From positions 1 through 30,003 of the forward strand of contig JAYEOM010000129.1 in the NCBI GenBank assembly GCA_034722955.1: DNA of 30,003 nt. The letters run 5' to 3'. This DNA is from Campylobacterota bacterium. GTDB lineage: Bacteria; Campylobacterota; Campylobacteria; Campylobacterales; Sulfurovaceae. Numbering within the stretch: the stretch's first letter is position 1; every line of letters starts with the position of its first letter. A program made the translations under genes and the position numbers. Shown here in pieces: positions 27,269 through 30,003 of this stretch. The notes beneath the pieces were generated by a model that saw only the letters and a program-made list of their open reading frames with translations, ran no database searches and was not told the origin of the DNA.

Positions 27269-27915
27269 TGAAAAGTGAAAAAACAAAAGTTGAAATGGTT
27301 GATGGAGTTGAATATACATACTCATCAGAATGGATTAAGGAACTTGAGACTGAAGAGCATTGGAAACTTTATTGGCAACAACAAAAATTAATGCAAACAT
27401 ATTTAAGACCAAAAGATACAATTTTAGAAATTGGCGTAGGTACTAGTTTTACAGCTAATTATTTAAAATCAAAAGGATTTGATGTTTTGACATTTGATAT
27501 TGATAAAGCTAAACAGCCAGATATAGTTGGCAATATTGTAGAACATAATTGGCAAGATAGTCAATACTCTCATATCTTAGCATTTGAAGTTTTTGAGCAT
27601 ATTCCTTTTGAGGAATTTAAAAAATCTTTAATAAAATTAAAAAAAGTTTGTAAAAAAAATATTTTTATAAGTTTGCCATTAAATGAAAAACTTCTATTTG
27701 AATTTGAATTTAAAATACCTAAATTTAAAAAAAATCACTTAAGATTTCCAATAGCAAAAAATAAAATAACAACTTTAAATCATTTTTGGGAAATTGGCTA
27801 TGAAAAATATTCAGAAGCCTTTGTTGAAACAATGTTTAAAGAATCGGGATATAACTTAGTTGAAAAACTTCAAAAGTCTTCTTTTATTTACTATGTTTTG
27901 AGTACTAATGACTAA
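27268..27915 (+). CDS. Class I SAM-dependent methyltransferase
   Basis: ILEIGVGT (motif I), TFDID, FEVFEHIP and HFWEIG. Confidence 0.82.
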   Translation: MKSEKTKVEMVDGVEYTYSSEWIKELETEEHWKLYWQQQKLMQTYLRPKDTILEIGVGTSFTANYLKSKGFDVLTFDIDKAKQPDIVGNIVEHNWQDSQYSHILAFEVFEHIPFEEFKKSLIKLKKVCKKNIFISLPLNEKLLFEFEFKIPKFKKNHLRFPIAKNKITTLNHFWEIGYEKYSEAFVETMFKESGYNLVEKLQKSSFIYYVLSTND

Positions 27916-28885
27916 ATACCTAAATCCAAAAAATTATATCAACTTCATAGCGAGTAAAATATTTACTTTATTAGCTCCTTTCATTAAAAAATGGGAGCAA
28001 AAGTATATAAAAAAGTATGCAGTAATGCCACTTAAGCATCAACCTGTATTTATAATAGGTGCACCTCGAACAGGTTCAACTATACTTTATCAAACTCTTA
28101 CAAATCAACTTGATGTATTGTATATAGATAATCTAGTATGCAAGTTTTACAAAAACTTCTTTTTTGGATTTTGGTTGAGTAGTAAACTTTTTAAACAAAA
28201 AGCTCATAATTGTTTCAAGTCAAATCATGGAGACACTTCAAGATGTGGTTTACATGCACCAAGTGAATGTGGTGGCTTTTGGTATAGGTGGCTTCCTGCT
28301 GATAGGCATTTTATAGATTATGATGATATAACTGATGAAATGGTAAATGAGATAAGAGATGAAATTACTACAGTTATAAACTATTTTGATAAGCCTTTAG
28401 TATTTAAAAACTTAAACGCAGGACAAAGGTTAAGGTTGTTAAGTAGATGTTTTCCAAATGCGAAATTTATTTTTATGAAAAGAGAACCTTTATTTACTGC
28501 TCAATCAATTATAAAAGCTAAGAGAAAAATAAATATAAAAGATAATGATTTTTGGTCGCTAATGCCTCACAACTACGAAAAATTAGAAACTTTTGATAGT
28601 TATGAACAGATAGTTAAACAAATATATTATGTAGAAAAACAAATTATCGAAGATAGTAAGTTATTTGATAATCATAATTTTTTAACTGTTAATTATAAAG
28701 AGTTAGGTAAAGATTTTAAGGATACTGTAACGAAAAGTAGAATGTTTATAAATACAAAAAATAAAGAAAATTATCAAAGGGCAGAAGTAAAATTAACAGA
28801 AAAACTAACACTTGAAGAAAAAGAGATAAATAGCTTTACGCAAGAGATAAGTAAACTAGATTGGGAAAGCTATAATGACAAATAA
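27908..28885 (+). CDS. Sulfotransferase family protein
   Basis: PVFIIGAPRTGSTILYQ (5'-PSB PAPS-binding loop) and FPNAKFIFMKREP...S (3'-PB region). Confidence 0.85.
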   Translation: MTKYLNPKNYINFIASKIFTLLAPFIKKWEQKYIKKYAVMPLKHQPVFIIGAPRTGSTILYQTLTNQLDVLYIDNLVCKFYKNFFFGFWLSSKLFKQKAHNCFKSNHGDTSRCGLHAPSECGGFWYRWLPADRHFIDYDDITDEMVNEIRDEITTVINYFDKPLVFKNLNAGQRLRLLSRCFPNAKFIFMKREPLFTAQSIIKAKRKINIKDNDFWSLMPHNYEKLETFDSYEQIVKQIYYVEKQIIEDSKLFDNHNFLTVNYKELGKDFKDTVTKSRMFINTKNKENYQRAEVKLTEKLTLEEKEINSFTQEISKLDWESYNDK

Positions 28886-29828
28886 ACAAAAATACAGAAC
28901 ATTTTGCGAAAAAGAAAAAAATATACCTATTTTTTCAAAAGATTGGTGGCTTGATAGTGTTTGTGGTGTTGATAATTGGGATGTTGTTATTTTAGAAAAA
29001 GGTGGAAATATTTTTGCTACTATGCCTTATGTTTTGATTAAAAGATTAAATCTAGTTACTATAGGTCATCCAATGCTAACCCAAACGATGGGGATATATT
29101 TTAAGTACCCCAAAAATCAGAAATATTATAAAAAACTCTCTTTTGAAAAAGAGATGATAGAAAAAATTTTAAAAGAGCTTCCCTCATTTGATAGATTTTC
29201 ACAATCTTTTGATTATACACATACAAATCTTTTACCATTTCATTGGGCAGGGTTTGAAATAAAAGTAAACTATACTTATGTTGTAGAAAATATAAGTATT
29301 GAAGAGCTGGAAAAAACTTTAGAGACAGATATAAGAAGAAGAAGAAGAAAAGCTTTTGAAGTAGGCATAGAGGTATATGAAAGTGAAGATATAAAAAAGT
29401 TTTATGAACTAAATGAGATGACATTTAAGAGACAAGGAAGAGATATACCCTATAGCTTTGAATTTATAGAAAATCTATACAGCAGATGCAAACAAAACAA
29501 TGCAGTTAAAATGTTTTTTGCTAAAGATAAAGAAGGGGTAGTCATTGCAGGAAACTTTTTAATCTATGATGAAAACAGAGTATATTATCTTATGGGTGGT
29601 ATAGACCCCAATTATAAAGATTTAGGTGGGATGGATGTAGTACAGTTCGAAAGTATTAAATTTGCACTTGCAAGTAATCGAAAGTTTGATTTTGAAGGTA
29701 GCATGATAGAAAGTATAGAAAAATATTTTAGAAGTTTTGGTGCAGTTCAAAAACCATACTTTAATATCTCAAAAACTAATTCAAAACTTTTAAAGATAAG
29801 AAAAGCCGTTAAAGAGATTTTGAGCTAG
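28875..29828 (+). CDS. GNAT / FemAB-like acyltransferase of glycan loci
   Basis: PIFSKDWWLD, YYLMGG.D and FDFEGSM..SIEKYFRSFG..Q.PY motifs. Confidence 0.78.
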   Translation: MTNKQKYRTFCEKEKNIPIFSKDWWLDSVCGVDNWDVVILEKGGNIFATMPYVLIKRLNLVTIGHPMLTQTMGIYFKYPKNQKYYKKLSFEKEMIEKILKELPSFDRFSQSFDYTHTNLLPFHWAGFEIKVNYTYVVENISIEELEKTLETDIRRRRRKAFEVGIEVYESEDIKKFYELNEMTFKRQGRDIPYSFEFIENLYSRCKQNNAVKMFFAKDKEGVVIAGNFLIYDENRVYYLMGGIDPNYKDLGGMDVVQFESIKFALASNRKFDFEGSMIESIEKYFRSFGAVQKPYFNISKTNSKLLKIRKAVKEILS

Positions 29829-29894
29829 AAATGAATACAAACACACAACAAAACCAAAACATCATAGAACTAGAGTTAAAACAAGGTGTTTTTT

Positions 29895-30003
29895 ATGATT
29901 AAACTTATAGAATCACAAACCGTAGAGTTTAAACAAATATGGAAAGATGAGTATTTAAAAACCATTTGTGCTTTAGCCAATACAGATGGTGGAGAATTCT
30001 ATG
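29895..30003 (+). CDS. N-terminus of an AlbA_2 (Schlafen-like) domain protein; runs off the window
   Basis: Translated by hand: MIKLIESQTVEFKQIWKDEYLKTICALANTDGGEFY, with the E...VEFK and A.AN..GG motifs. Not in the supplied ORF track. Confidence 0.8.
   Translation, partial: MIKLIESQTVEFKQIWKDEYLKTICALANTDGGEFY

Noticed and set aside
27652..27659. A8 run in the methyltransferase as a phase-variation tract
   Set aside because: Short A-runs are common in this AT-rich region, the frame is intact, and no long poly-G/C tract was seen.
959..29424. Many short ORFs lying antisense or out of frame within long genes (e.g. 2018-2473, 7152-7640, 22951-23331, 29101-29424)
   Set aside because: Shadow ORFs of well-supported genes, without motifs or clear RBS.

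Overview
Mostly core chromosome of a Campylobacterota bacterium, probably Sulfurovum-like (inferred from gene content, gene order and protein character). The left edge is the end of a probable genomic island: the C-terminus of an AbiEii-like toxin, a tandem 11-bp repeat, then the 3' end of tRNA-Ala(GGC). Housekeeping genes follow (ppiC, PP-loop ATPase, dnaG, TPR/LapB-like, rnc, aroC, rsfS, nadD, pgk, tpiA, nusA, HP0268, miaB, DUF374, Xer-type recombinase, SurA-like, signal-peptide ATP-dependent ligase). Among them are accessory envelope genes: an OprD-like porin facing a secreted C69 peptidase, a truncated beta-barrel gene, and two tandem TorF-like porins. The right end is an AT-rich glycan locus (GT2, GT4, Wzx, methyltransferase, sulfotransferase, GNAT/FemAB-like) followed by the start of an AlbA_2-domain gene. 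Non-coding signals read by eye are a dispersed ~60-bp palindromic intergenic repeat (4 copies), a 123-bp hairpin element at the point where the porin gene is truncated, a probable fossil of rnhA overlapping the end of the TPR gene, and readable breakpoints and identical tracts in the porin duplication. No CRISPR array, rRNA or intact transposase was seen. Family calls come from motif recognition only; no database searches were run.
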